Part shown: positions 51,364-61,276 of the stretch, piece after piece
Layout: every line of letters starts with the position of its first letter
Position numbering within the stretch: position 1 is the first letter of the stretch
Assembly (NCBI GenBank): GCA_965205025.1
Contig: CBDBFU010000013.1
Span: 160,001 to 224,000, forward strand
Source: Candidatus Poribacteria bacterium
Lineage (GTDB): Bacteria; Poribacteria; WGA-4E; WGA-3G
DNA length: 64,000 nucleotides
Direction of reading: 5' to 3'
Translations under genes and position numbers: made by a program
The notes under the pieces: model-generated
Databases searched by the model: none
Told to the model about the DNA's origin: nothing
Seen by the model: the letters and a program-made list of their open reading frames with translations, nothing else

Positions 51364-52341
51364 CTAATACGACTCAATATCAATTTCTTCACCCGTGAAT
51401 CGTATATGTGCTTGATTCACTAATGTCAATATTTGTTCCCACTGTTTACGCGTATCGTCTGTTATACCTGATTCATCAAGGGCATCAGCAAATTCTGTAA
51501 GCATTTTACCGAACTTTTCCTGCATCTCCGTGTATTCTTCTGTCTGATCAGCATTCATAGGTGGCTCAAATTCGGAGATTCCTTTTCCATATAGAACGAG
51601 TTTCTTAGCAGCAGATACTGCTTCTTCCTTCCCTTCACCTTTGTCAAAATAATCTATAATAGCATAATAAGCATCTACCATCAGAATCATAAGTTCCTTT
51701 AAATCCTCAACTTCAGGTATCTCTTCGGTTGGTTCTTCTGGTGTGGGTTTTTCTTCTGCTTCTGGCTTGGGTTTACGCTTCAGAAAGAGGGCATAACTCA
51801 TGACCAGTGTCTTTTTCGGCATTAAAGCAATCGCCTTAGATGCATCTTCTTGTCCCTTAACTGCTTCAACATCCTTTCCAACAGTGAAAGCATCGTCTAT
51901 TCCCTTGTCAACGAACTGCTTAAGAAATTTCTCTGAGGTAATTGACTCTGATTCCTTGTGATCATAAACAGCTACTTTCACAACTTTACCTTTCATGTTA
52001 AGTCCAACAGCCCCATCAATTTTCCCATGTGGTCCCTGCACATCAACGAATAATACCAAACCCATAGGTTTCTTATTCTCACCAATCGATATATAGAAAA
52101 TCGGTTTCAGGTCTTCTTTACGAAGTTTCGTCCCCAAATCTTTCTCAATGGACTTAATCTTGTCTGTTGTAAGCACAACACTTCTCTGAACGAATTTTTT
52201 CGCTTTTGGGAAAATACCTGCGAGTTTTTCACCCGGCCACTCAGTTTCATGCGTAATACCGAGTATCGGGGTGAATACCATCGCAAATGCAAACACAAAT
52301 ATTATACTATTTCGGATAGGAAGGTATTTATTGAATAACAT
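51364..52341 (-). CDS. Exported FMN_bind-like domain protein with C-terminal helical bundle
   Basis: GPHGKIDGAVGL...V.VYDHKE...FLKQFV pattern typical of FMN_bind. Confidence 0.6.
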   Translation of the reverse strand: MLFNKYLPIRNSIIFVFAFAMVFTPILGITHETEWPGEKLAGIFPKAKKFVQRSVVLTTDKIKSIEKDLGTKLRKEDLKPIFYISIGENKKPMGLVLFVDVQGPHGKIDGAVGLNMKGKVVKVAVYDHKESESITSEKFLKQFVDKGIDDAFTVGKDVEAVKGQEDASKAIALMPKKTLVMSYALFLKRKPKPEAEEKPTPEEPTEEIPEVEDLKELMILMVDAYYAIIDYFDKGEGKEEAVSAAKKLVLYGKGISEFEPPMNADQTEEYTEMQEKFGKMLTEFADALDESGITDDTRKQWEQILTLVNQAHIRFTGEEIDIESY

Positions 52342-52401
52342 CTATTCACTCCTTTTGAAGTGTCTGCTGCCGATAGATATTATCGACAGCAGACAGATAA
52401 T

Positions 52402-53412
52402 TTACTCTTCTACTTTTACCATGAATGTAGGAAACAGAATCTGGTCCTTATGTTTTAGTTGCCCAAAAATCTGATAAATCCCTGCTTTCGGAAATGTAGT
52501 CATGAGCATAACGGAAGGTCCGAATTTATCGGGTGTTTCCCCCTGATGTTTATGTCCGGACGTAGGATCTTTTTTCTCCATTTTATGTCCTTTGTGGGAG
52601 ACATCTTTTTTCATTTTGCTATGATCCATATTCATCATCACTGAACCGTGTGTATGTACTATACCATCTAATTCAGTATTTACAATAGCAAAATGCATTG
52701 GAGCATCCAAAAATGGAACAAGATCGGTTATCGGTTTCCCTGCTTGTGAAAAATGATAATCGATATGAACCATCTCTCCTGCTTTAATTTTATCTTGGAC
52801 ATTCATTTTCACTTGATATACTGACGTGCCTTTTCCATCAGTTAAAACAGCCTTAGTATATCGGTCACCACCTTCTTCAGTATAACCGGAAACAGTTTTT
52901 TCTCGACTGAAATCTTCAGAAAGATCTGTCATCTTCTTCTCCCCTACAACATCAACATACAGATATTTCGAATATTCAGCATCTGCTGTCATCACATCCA
53001 GTGCCAATATATATCTACCTGCAGCGGGAAAAGTAAAGTGAACAGTATAGGTTCCTTCAAGTTCTGCCATCATGTCACGCTCATCGAAATCTTCAGGATG
53101 GATATGTCCAAGAATCTGTAGATTCTCACTTACAATTAAAACATGGAGAACCCGATCGTGGTGTATCATAAGATCTGTAAAGGGTTCACCCATTTTATCG
53201 GTGAGATTGAACATTAGAGTTGCTTGCTCACCTGCTTTAATATCTTCTGGTTCAGTGTGTAGACTTACATTCAAGACATCAGTTTTTTCTATCTGATGAG
53301 CACTATGATCTTCATGTTGGGCAGTATAGCCTATATGTACAAAATACAGGACGCTTATGAATATTGCAATAGCAATTCTTGGTGTGTAAAACGTGGAAAA
53401 TAGGGTTTTCAT
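52402..53412 (-). CDS. Exported His/Met-rich metal (Cu)-binding protein with two Ig-like repeats
   Basis: HHDRVLH...HIHP, PFLDAPMH...HTH, MMNMDH; RBS GGAGG. Confidence 0.7.
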   Translation of the reverse strand: MKTLFSTFYTPRIAIAIFISVLYFVHIGYTAQHEDHSAHQIEKTDVLNVSLHTEPEDIKAGEQATLMFNLTDKMGEPFTDLMIHHDRVLHVLIVSENLQILGHIHPEDFDERDMMAELEGTYTVHFTFPAAGRYILALDVMTADAEYSKYLYVDVVGEKKMTDLSEDFSREKTVSGYTEEGGDRYTKAVLTDGKGTSVYQVKMNVQDKIKAGEMVHIDYHFSQAGKPITDLVPFLDAPMHFAIVNTELDGIVHTHGSVMMNMDHSKMKKDVSHKGHKMEKKDPTSGHKHQGETPDKFGPSVMLMTTFPKAGIYQIFGQLKHKDQILFPTFMVKVEE

Positions 53413-53521
53413 TATATTCCTCCATATAAATATATAAATTCTTAAAAAGAGTTTCAAATACTCTATTTATTCCGTGACTATACAATGGTCCGGAATAAAA
53501 ACAGTCAATTAAGATAATATT

Positions 53522-53959
53522 CTAAGAAAGGGTGTATGGAGGACCGCGACGGGATAGGTTCGAGGTTAATGGTAAGAGAGATAGGTTGTGGGGACTGAAG
53601 GTCTTTAGTTGTTGTTCTTGACCAACCATTACCGATGAATCAAGTAGGACTGAAGCAATTTTTAAGTGTTCATCCGATTGAGGGGTATAGTCAATACGAT
53701 AAGTGATTTCAGGAAGGATCACCTCGAAATTTGTTAAACAGCATGTATTTCCATCTTCTGATGTGCTATTGTTTTCACTTGAAGAATCCGCATCTTTGTT
53801 ATGGCAACAAGATGAATTGGTTTGAATACCATTCATATTTTGAATAAGTTTGCTACCACAAGATGTCTGTTCAACAGCTGCACAGTATAATGGACAAAAG
53901 GAATGAAGACAAACTAATGCCGTAAGTGAAAAGGTCAATAACCAATGTTTTTGGAACAT
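53522..53959 (-). CDS. Cys-rich DUF2946-like leader protein ending in RGPP
   Basis: N-terminal hydrophobic segment, CPLYC, CC pairs, C-terminal LSRRGPPYTLS; first gene of the operon. Confidence 0.6.
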   Translation of the reverse strand: MFQKHWLLTFSLTALVCLHSFCPLYCAAVEQTSCGSKLIQNMNGIQTNSSCCHNKDADSSSENNSTSEDGNTCCLTNFEVILPEITYRIDYTPQSDEHLKIASVLLDSSVMVGQEQQLKTFSPHNLSLLPLTSNLSRRGPPYTLS

Positions 53960-54111
53960 TGCTATTATCTCCGTTGTTTTAATGGAAATAGTTCGTGAAT
54001 TACACTTCTATGACATTATACACCATAATTCAAGAATGTTGCATTAAAATAACACAAAGCTCATTATTTATTTTGAGTAATTCCATTTCTAATTGAAAAT
54101 GTCTCTTTTTT

Positions 54112-54342
54112 GTACCACAAACTTTATGAGGATTAAGTTTTAAATTCGGCAATTCTCATTATTCCAAACCCTGTAGGTTCGGTTTCCTAACCACGGGGAA
54201 TGCTAAATAGCATTCATACCGTTGATTCGAATTTCCTATCACATTACCGAATTATTATTTTAATCTTCATTCAGTTTGTGTCCTGAAAAATGACTACCAT
54301 AATAACCACCTAATGAGACAATAATTTATAGAAATGGTATAA
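54112..54342. mobile_element. Nested MITE/REP composite
   Basis: GTACCACAAACT..CAGTTTGTG hairpin interrupted by an ATGAGGATTAA..TTAATCTTCAT element that contains a REP plus the 35-nt micro-element. Confidence 0.55.
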
Positions 54343-54344
54343 TA

Positions 54345-56312
54345 TCAGCGTGGTAATGCAAAATAACCAATCCCAGTGAAAAACCCAACAAACATCCAAA
54401 TACCTACCATCACATACTCCCCAAAAATCAGACCAAATGCAATAGGACGGATTTTACGGTAAGTCAGGGGTCCACCAAACTTAAGTGTAATATATTTAAT
54501 CATCCACCCTATAAGGACAGATGACCATAAATGAAAAGCAGGATATGTTGCGCCTAATAAATACCCAATTGGGTGTAATGACCACCAAACAAAACTTTGA
54601 CGCATCCATAGCATGAAACCCGTAAAACCTGCGCCAGCAATCATACTATAAACCTCACCCCAATTTGTTTCTACAGGAAATTGGATGAGCTTATTCATCC
54701 GATTGAAATAACCGCGAGGTGCATTGATAAATGACCAATTCTGTAGAAACAATCCTCCTTTGTTATACACCAATGTCAATGATGCATAAACTGATACAAC
54801 AAGAGCAACCATAATTGAAACACCCAGTATCGGAACAACTTTGCGCCGCATCAATCCCACTTCATCCGCAGCTTTGAAACTGTGCAGAAAGTTCGGCATC
54901 ATGAATTCTCCCCAATCCCGGAGAAATGTTCGTTGAAAACTGAGAACAGCCAAACTCTTTTGTCCTATTGCCCCCGAACCAAGTGTATAGGTAATGTAAT
55001 CAGAAGGAAAGAATGGCGCTTGTACAAGCAACAAACCACCATTGACTACCATCCATGATAAGACAACAGAAGTTACAAAGATAGAAAGCATCGTTATGAT
55101 TGCTACCCATGTTTTGATTCCTGCGATGACTAAGAACGTAACAAGGATGACAAATCCGAAGATGAATCCGAAAAAAGCGATACGATATGAAAGTGGTTCA
55201 TTGCTATCATCCACTAAATGTCTATTTTCAATACTCTTCCCGTTGTACTTAACCATACCAAATGCTCTTTTTATTATGGATAGTATATGTTCACGTCCAC
55301 CCCAGAAAACAGCAGGAACAAAAATAAGATAGCCACCCATTACTTGACGACTACAACTTATCCACGGTCCAATGCCTACACCTGTTACATTCATAATAAT
55401 ATATTGAAGTTTAAAAAAGAGAAAGAAAAACCAAAGACTGAAAGACACTTCCAATGTAAGCAATGCAGCTACACCGATTACTGAAAAATAGATCGCAATA
55501 TTCATCCCTGGCCACATACCCAGTGTATGCCACGGTTTTTCAGTAAATGCGCGATGAATCTCAAAGATCATTGGAATCCGAGGCACCATTGGGAAATGTG
55601 CATGGAGTCCGTTGAGGAAGTGAATCACAAGCGGTAAAACCATACCTACCCATAATAACTTATTCTTAAAAAATGAGTTTAGGAGTGATCCACTTGCTGG
55701 TTCTGCTGCTAATTGTATAGGAATCTGGATGAGTGGAAAGGAAAACCTTTCACGTTCTACCCACTGCTTGCGAAGAATGGCTGATAGACAGATTATCGTG
55801 AAATAGAATACAACAACAAATAATCCCCAGACTAAGAGAGGATTAATCCAAGAGACCCAAGGAATATTACCACCTGGAGATAGTCCTTCATAGAAATCGG
55901 TTACGGCTTGTGTATCCGTAACGACTAACCAGTCTGGGATCTGTGGTTGGAGTGTTTCTGCCCAATCGTTCACTGGTGTTGTGAAATAACGAAGTGCTAC
56001 AAGGCAAGGGATAAGGAACTGTAACAGTCCCATGGATGGAATACCAACAGCAACAATCAGCATCATCCAAATTACAGTTAATTCGAGTGATGTGAATGAA
56101 AGTCGACGACTCCATCTCAAGAAACGTAAAGGAAGGTTGACAATGAAAACAAGTAGGAGTAGACCTAAAATTGAGCCAACTGGAAGGTGATTACCTGCCA
56201 GTCTCGAATTCTCTAAGAAATAGTTATTGTAGGGTGAGATTGCACAAATTCCACCTACTAATAGCAATCCTACAAGGATAGCAGAAATACGAATCTTTGG
56301 GTGGACAGGCAT
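54345..56312 (-). CDS. DUF6785/DUF6784-like polytopic membrane protein, paralogue 2
   Basis: RKQWVERERFSFP, WSLHPIGY. Confidence 0.75.
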   Translation of the reverse strand: MPVHPKIRISAILVGLLLVGGICAISPYNNYFLENSRLAGNHLPVGSILGLLLLVFIVNLPLRFLRWSRRLSFTSLELTVIWMMLIVAVGIPSMGLLQFLIPCLVALRYFTTPVNDWAETLQPQIPDWLVVTDTQAVTDFYEGLSPGGNIPWVSWINPLLVWGLFVVVFYFTIICLSAILRKQWVERERFSFPLIQIPIQLAAEPASGSLLNSFFKNKLLWVGMVLPLVIHFLNGLHAHFPMVPRIPMIFEIHRAFTEKPWHTLGMWPGMNIAIYFSVIGVAALLTLEVSFSLWFFFLFFKLQYIIMNVTGVGIGPWISCSRQVMGGYLIFVPAVFWGGREHILSIIKRAFGMVKYNGKSIENRHLVDDSNEPLSYRIAFFGFIFGFVILVTFLVIAGIKTWVAIITMLSIFVTSVVLSWMVVNGGLLLVQAPFFPSDYITYTLGSGAIGQKSLAVLSFQRTFLRDWGEFMMPNFLHSFKAADEVGLMRRKVVPILGVSIMVALVVSVYASLTLVYNKGGLFLQNWSFINAPRGYFNRMNKLIQFPVETNWGEVYSMIAGAGFTGFMLWMRQSFVWWSLHPIGYLLGATYPAFHLWSSVLIGWMIKYITLKFGGPLTYRKIRPIAFGLIFGEYVMVGIWMFVGFFTGIGYFALPR

Positions 56313-56347
56313 ATCTTATTTCCATAAGAAGTCATCAATTCATATCT

Positions 56348-56592
56348 TATACCATTTCTGGTAATTAAAGTATCATTAATAGAATCTCTTTAATGTAGCA
56401 CAAACTTCATGAAGATTAAGAAAATATTTCGGTAATTCTAATTTCCCAAACCCGGTAGGTGCGGTTTCCTAACCGCACTGGATTTTTTACAAAACTACCG
56501 AATTAATAAATTAATCTTCATCCAGTTTGTGCACTATTTCAAGACATAGATATCACCTAATCATGGGACAATCATTTATAGAAATGGTATAA
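56348..56592. mobile_element. Nested MITE composite bounded by TATACCATTTCT/AGAAATGGTATA
   Basis: TIRs; internal GCACAAACT..AGTTTGTGC, ATGAAGATTAA..TTAATCTTCAT and REP GTAGGTGCGGTTTCCTAACCGCAC. Confidence 0.6.
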
Positions 56593-56597
56593 CTTAA

Positions 56598-58067
56598 TTA
56601 TCCATCAGTTTCATCGCGGAGAACAGGGTTATAAAGACAGAGTTCGGCATCTACAATTCTGCCATCTGGCAATGTATATTGATTTGGTGTACCGCCACCC
56701 CACGGTTCCTTGAATTCTTTACTCCGTTCTTGATCTATATCCTTCTGTTTCTGAACATCTTCCCATGAAAAATCTGCCATAAGTTGTTCATGTAATGTCG
56801 CTTCTAATTCGCGATGTTCAGGTTGTCCAGCAATATTCTCAAATTCACCAGGGTCATTTTCTAAATCAAAGATAATGGATTCATCCTCAGGAAATGCAAC
56901 ATACTTGTACCGAGGTGTTCTTAACATCCGCATCGGACTTGTTGTTTGGTGTGCCCAATATTCACTAATAGCGGTATTCCGCCAACCATTTGTATTGCCG
57001 TACATCAGATTTGATAGATCTGATCCATCCAAACCGTCCGGGGTTGGGATTCCTGCCTTTGCACATAGCGTTGGATAAAGATCATTTAATTCTACAGGAG
57101 AATTAACGCGTCTACCGTGTGAATCTTCTAATCGGTTATCGTATATAATCAGTGGAACCCGTGCAGCAGCTTCATAATAACTGGACTTCCACCACTGTCC
57201 ATGTTCACCTGCCATTTCACCATGATCTGTGGTATAAACAATAATTGTGTTCTCTAACAAACCGTCCCGTTCCAAAATTGTCAACAGATCCCCGATACAC
57301 TCATCAAGAAATTCACAGCATGCATAATATATTGCTCGTGCTTTACGCGTTTCTTCCTCGGGCATATTATTCGTATTGAAGTGTTGCCGTAAACTTTTCG
57401 CATACCGGTGTGTCTCTTCAAGATGTCCAGACGGTATATCTGGCATGTCAATATTATCTGGGTAGTATTTATCAATCAATCTCTTCGGAGCTGTTAAGGG
57501 AAAATGTGGACGACTATAACTTGCGAGAAGAAACCACGGTTTGTCTGAGGAATGAGATCGTAAATACTCAATCGTTTCCTCATTAATTACGCGTTCTTGC
57601 AGAAGACTTGATGGTATTTCTGTGACGCCAGCATTTTGGGTACGTCCACGGTTACCACCCATATTTCCTTGTAGTGGATCACGTTGATGTCCTGCACGTC
57701 CTCGTAGGTCCCCGTATGGTCTGGCTTCAAATCCGTTGTGTTGTTCTATCCCACCAAAATGCATCTTCCCAACGAGTGCAGTACTATACCCATGTTGTAC
57801 AAAATGTGCAGGCATCGTAAGATGTTCAGGATATAGAATTGAACCGTTATTCCAAGCTGAACAACGATGAGCATATTTCCCTGTCAGCATACACATACGA
57901 GAAGGTGTGCAAAGTGGGAATTGACAGTATGCTGCATCAAAGTAAGTGCCAGATTTGGCGAGACGATCTAAATTCGGTGTCTGCACAATATCATTACCTT
58001 CACATCCCATGGCATGGGGACTGTGTTCATCACTCATAAGAAATAAGATATTAGGTTGTTGAGCCAT
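56598..58067 (-). CDS. Cys-type sulfatase (choline-sulfatase-like)
   Basis: PNILFLMSDEH, CTPSR, GKMH, PHFP, TDHG. Confidence 0.9.
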   Translation of the reverse strand: MAQQPNILFLMSDEHSPHAMGCEGNDIVQTPNLDRLAKSGTYFDAAYCQFPLCTPSRMCMLTGKYAHRCSAWNNGSILYPEHLTMPAHFVQHGYSTALVGKMHFGGIEQHNGFEARPYGDLRGRAGHQRDPLQGNMGGNRGRTQNAGVTEIPSSLLQERVINEETIEYLRSHSSDKPWFLLASYSRPHFPLTAPKRLIDKYYPDNIDMPDIPSGHLEETHRYAKSLRQHFNTNNMPEEETRKARAIYYACCEFLDECIGDLLTILERDGLLENTIIVYTTDHGEMAGEHGQWWKSSYYEAAARVPLIIYDNRLEDSHGRRVNSPVELNDLYPTLCAKAGIPTPDGLDGSDLSNLMYGNTNGWRNTAISEYWAHQTTSPMRMLRTPRYKYVAFPEDESIIFDLENDPGEFENIAGQPEHRELEATLHEQLMADFSWEDVQKQKDIDQERSKEFKEPWGGGTPNQYTLPDGRIVDAELCLYNPVLRDETDG

Positions 58068-58200
58068 ACAGCAGAATTCTCCTTTAAGCAAGTTTCAATA
58101 TTAAACGGATTTAGTCGTTTTGGGATTTTTGTTTCCAAAATAAAAAGGAGAAAGGTGTAAAATATACACTTTCCTCCTTTTTTTCTGTTGAAAAAATATA

Positions 58201-58509
58201 TTAAAGAGTTGGTTGGACAATACGCCCAGTGTCGCTCGACCTTTTCAAGCCCACGTGTTTCCTTATGGATTCAACATCTACGTTGATAGATTTTATATTC
58301 TTATCTATAGACTCAAGCCAACTATTTATAGAGTCAAGCTTAACAAAGATCTGCGTTTGATTTTCAGATAGATTGTCCACCTTATTCTCAAGATTATCAA
58401 CCTTATTCTCAAGATTATCAACCTTATTCTCAAGTGTCTCAAATCTACCATCAATCACTTCCCTTACTACATCCCGAATTGCATCAAGGGTTATTTCGTT
58501 TTCATTCAT
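58201..58509 (-). CDS. Small coiled-coil protein with LENKVDN heptad repeats
   Basis: RBS AGGAG; 21-bp tandem repeat x3 at ~58375-58435. Confidence 0.65.
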   Translation of the reverse strand: MNENEITLDAIRDVVREVIDGRFETLENKVDNLENKVDNLENKVDNLSENQTQIFVKLDSINSWLESIDKNIKSINVDVESIRKHVGLKRSSDTGRIVQPTL

Positions 58510-58648
58510 TTTTTTCTCCTATTTATTATAACATGTTTACTTTGTATATTATGTTTACTATTATATCATAATTCCTATCTATATTACAAACTTTTAACCT
58601 ACCGGGTCTGGGGAATTAGAATTACCTGAATATTTTCTTAAACTTCAT

Positions 58649-60688
58649 CTAATGAACTGGTGTCGCCTTCTTTTTACCGATACTTAATTCAATGGCAGGC
58701 AGGATTGTATTTGATATATTCGATGAATAATTAAAGACACACCAACCAGAAGCACCTAAAAATCGTACAAGATGGATTTGACCTACCACTCCGTCAGGTG
58801 TTAGGATGGAATTAGATGCAGTCGCACCAATACCGGGATAAACAGCAACTCCTTTAGGCATCAAAGCAAGTTGATTTTCTAAGAGGTCCGTAAAATACTT
58901 GTTGTCTTCAGTATAATTCATGGGACAAACAAAATCAATGTATCCAGCCTTTGCCCAGGCAATCCAATCCTGTCCAATAGAAGTGACACAGGATGGATAT
59001 CCTCCGAACACTGCAGTTGAAAGCTTAATTCCTGATTTTACCTTACGGATCCGTTTATGGATTAACCTCACTAAACGTGTTATCTGCTCTACCCGCCAGT
59101 CAGTATAGGCTTTACTGTATTGTCCAGTTCTCGGTAGCACGGATTGAGGCCAGTCTTGAACATTTATTCTTGAAGATAGCATGAATCTTTTTCGACATTC
59201 TTGACAGAAACATGCATGGCTCCCAGGATAACGGATATAATCAAGATGGATACCATCAACATCGTACTTTTGCACGATTTCCATAATGCTATCCAGTTCC
59301 AATTTTACGTTATCAGGATGTGATGGACATAACCAATTCAGCGGATCGCCACTTGAAGAAACTTGTGTGCGACCGGAATCTCGTAAGTTTTTCACAAAAT
59401 CCTCTGGAGCACCTTCTAAATTCCATGTTATTTTCCAAATATGTACTTCTAAATTATATTTCTTTGCTGCTTCAACACATTGTTGTATCTGGTCACCATA
59501 TTGTGTAAATTTACTGCTTTGTGGTAAAACACTGCTATCGTAGTGTGCAATGCCACCCCAAGCCATATTGGGGAGAATCATATTTATCCCAGCAGCAGCC
59601 AATTCCTTCGCTGAACGTTCCCAATCACCAGGATACGCACCGAGTCCAGAATGGTTCCAGAATGCACGCCCTTCAGTTGTATCGCTTAAATGAGATAGAT
59701 TGTATGCTTTTGCTAATTCTTCTCGACTTTGACGGGATGTGGTCATTGAAGCATGATATTTCTTATCGGTATAATCTGTTTGAGCTTGAAGAGACAATGT
59801 CTTTCCAGATTGTAACGCCTGTTTCGCCTCTGATACCCCTCCATACCCAACAAATTTTGATAAGTGATCAAGATTACTAATATGACCAATAGTAGTTAGT
59901 GAATCTAATTCGCGCTTTGCAATTGCATGCTGAAATTCAGGTATCATATATCCAAGCAGTGCCGCCAGAAGCTGTGTTTTTGTTTGAATGTCATCTGGCA
60001 GGAAAACATGACTAAAAAACACACCTGCATTCCCCATAAAAAATGCTGGATACCCCGTTGATTCATTATCAGAATTATACCAATGTCCAATTACCTTAGT
60101 CGTAGGATCTGTTGCCTCTGCTACCGTAATATTCCAAGATATCTGTCTGACAGATTTCGGCATTCCCAGAACTTCAGGAGCATCGAATTGGATAGTGGAG
60201 AATTGACCTGGAGATTCTCGACGAAGCCATTTTTTACTCCGTATATTCAAAATCCTTCCGACTTCATCAGCGAGATTATAGGTGACAAATAATTTACCGC
60301 CACCATCAACAAAGGTCTTAAGTAATGGGGCTGTATCTAAAGAGATCTTCTGATTAAGCGGTAGGATTACCAATCTATAAGGATTCGAAGCCGTATTCTG
60401 AAGACGTTTTTCACTTGCAGCCGTAGCTTCATCCAATTCATCCGCAGTAAATCCTATACTTTTTAACATACGGACAAAACGCTTGCTCACAGAACGTGCA
60501 TAGTTTACATCACCTTCGGAGATACCAGATGCGGTTGATGGTAACAAAATCGCAATATCCGCCTGTTGTGCAGATATACTGCCTACCCATCCAATAATGA
60601 AGATGAATATTAAGAAGTGAAAAGATCTGACTTTAAATGGGATTGCTTTCAACCACAAACGACATTGTTGTAAGAACGAATACAACAT
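58649..60688 (-). CDS. GHL10/YddW-like glycoside hydrolase with N-terminal class I GATase-like domain
   Basis: WLCPSHP, YDVDGIHLDYIRYP, GQDW..W...GYIDFVCPMNY. Confidence 0.8.
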   Translation of the reverse strand: MLYSFLQQCRLWLKAIPFKVRSFHFLIFIFIIGWVGSISAQQADIAILLPSTASGISEGDVNYARSVSKRFVRMLKSIGFTADELDEATAASEKRLQNTASNPYRLVILPLNQKISLDTAPLLKTFVDGGGKLFVTYNLADEVGRILNIRSKKWLRRESPGQFSTIQFDAPEVLGMPKSVRQISWNITVAEATDPTTKVIGHWYNSDNESTGYPAFFMGNAGVFFSHVFLPDDIQTKTQLLAALLGYMIPEFQHAIAKRELDSLTTIGHISNLDHLSKFVGYGGVSEAKQALQSGKTLSLQAQTDYTDKKYHASMTTSRQSREELAKAYNLSHLSDTTEGRAFWNHSGLGAYPGDWERSAKELAAAGINMILPNMAWGGIAHYDSSVLPQSSKFTQYGDQIQQCVEAAKKYNLEVHIWKITWNLEGAPEDFVKNLRDSGRTQVSSSGDPLNWLCPSHPDNVKLELDSIMEIVQKYDVDGIHLDYIRYPGSHACFCQECRKRFMLSSRINVQDWPQSVLPRTGQYSKAYTDWRVEQITRLVRLIHKRIRKVKSGIKLSTAVFGGYPSCVTSIGQDWIAWAKAGYIDFVCPMNYTEDNKYFTDLLENQLALMPKGVAVYPGIGATASNSILTPDGVVGQIHLVRFLGASGWCVFNYSSNISNTILPAIELSIGKKKATPVH

Positions 60689-60697
60689 ACCTATTCC

Positions 60698-61262
60698 TTA
60701 ACGTAAGTTTGATAACTCAGATTTTTATATTTGAATCAACGGTATGAATGCTCTAAGGCAATCCCGGGAAACCGCACCATAGGCGTCAATTTAGTAAGAT
60801 TATACCATTTTCAATTGATAGATTTACATTAAGACTTATCTGATACAGGGATTATCATATACATATATGAGTCCCGTAGGGACGAAATGTCTATAGAAAA
60901 CGTGTTTATTCACTATCTTGAGTCCCGTAGGGACGGAATGTTTATAGAAATCGTTATCACCAATACACCAAGCCCCGGTGAATGACTAAATGTCATTCAT
61001 ACCGTTGATTCGGGGCGAAAGGTGTGTAGAAAACGTACAAATCCTAAACACTAAGCCCCGGGGAATGCCATAAGGCATTCATACCGTTGATTCGCGGGGC
61101 GAAAGGTGTATCCCTAAATTGACGCTAATGAATCAACGGTATGAATACTATTTAGCATTCACCGTGGTTAGAAACCGAAAATCAACGGTATGAATACTAT
61201 TTAGCATTCCTCGCCTACTGGGTTTGAGAAATTAGAATTACCGAAGTATTTACTTAATTATC
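60698..61262. repeat. Compound intergenic repeat cluster (REP arrays, MITE ends, five copies of the 35-nt micro-element)
   Basis: GAGTCCCGTAGGGAC x2, GCCCC..GGGGC x2, GGCGTCAATTTAG/CTAAATTGACGC inverted ends, ATACCGTTGATT x5. Confidence 0.8.
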
Positions 61263-61276
61263 ATTAAATAGAACTA

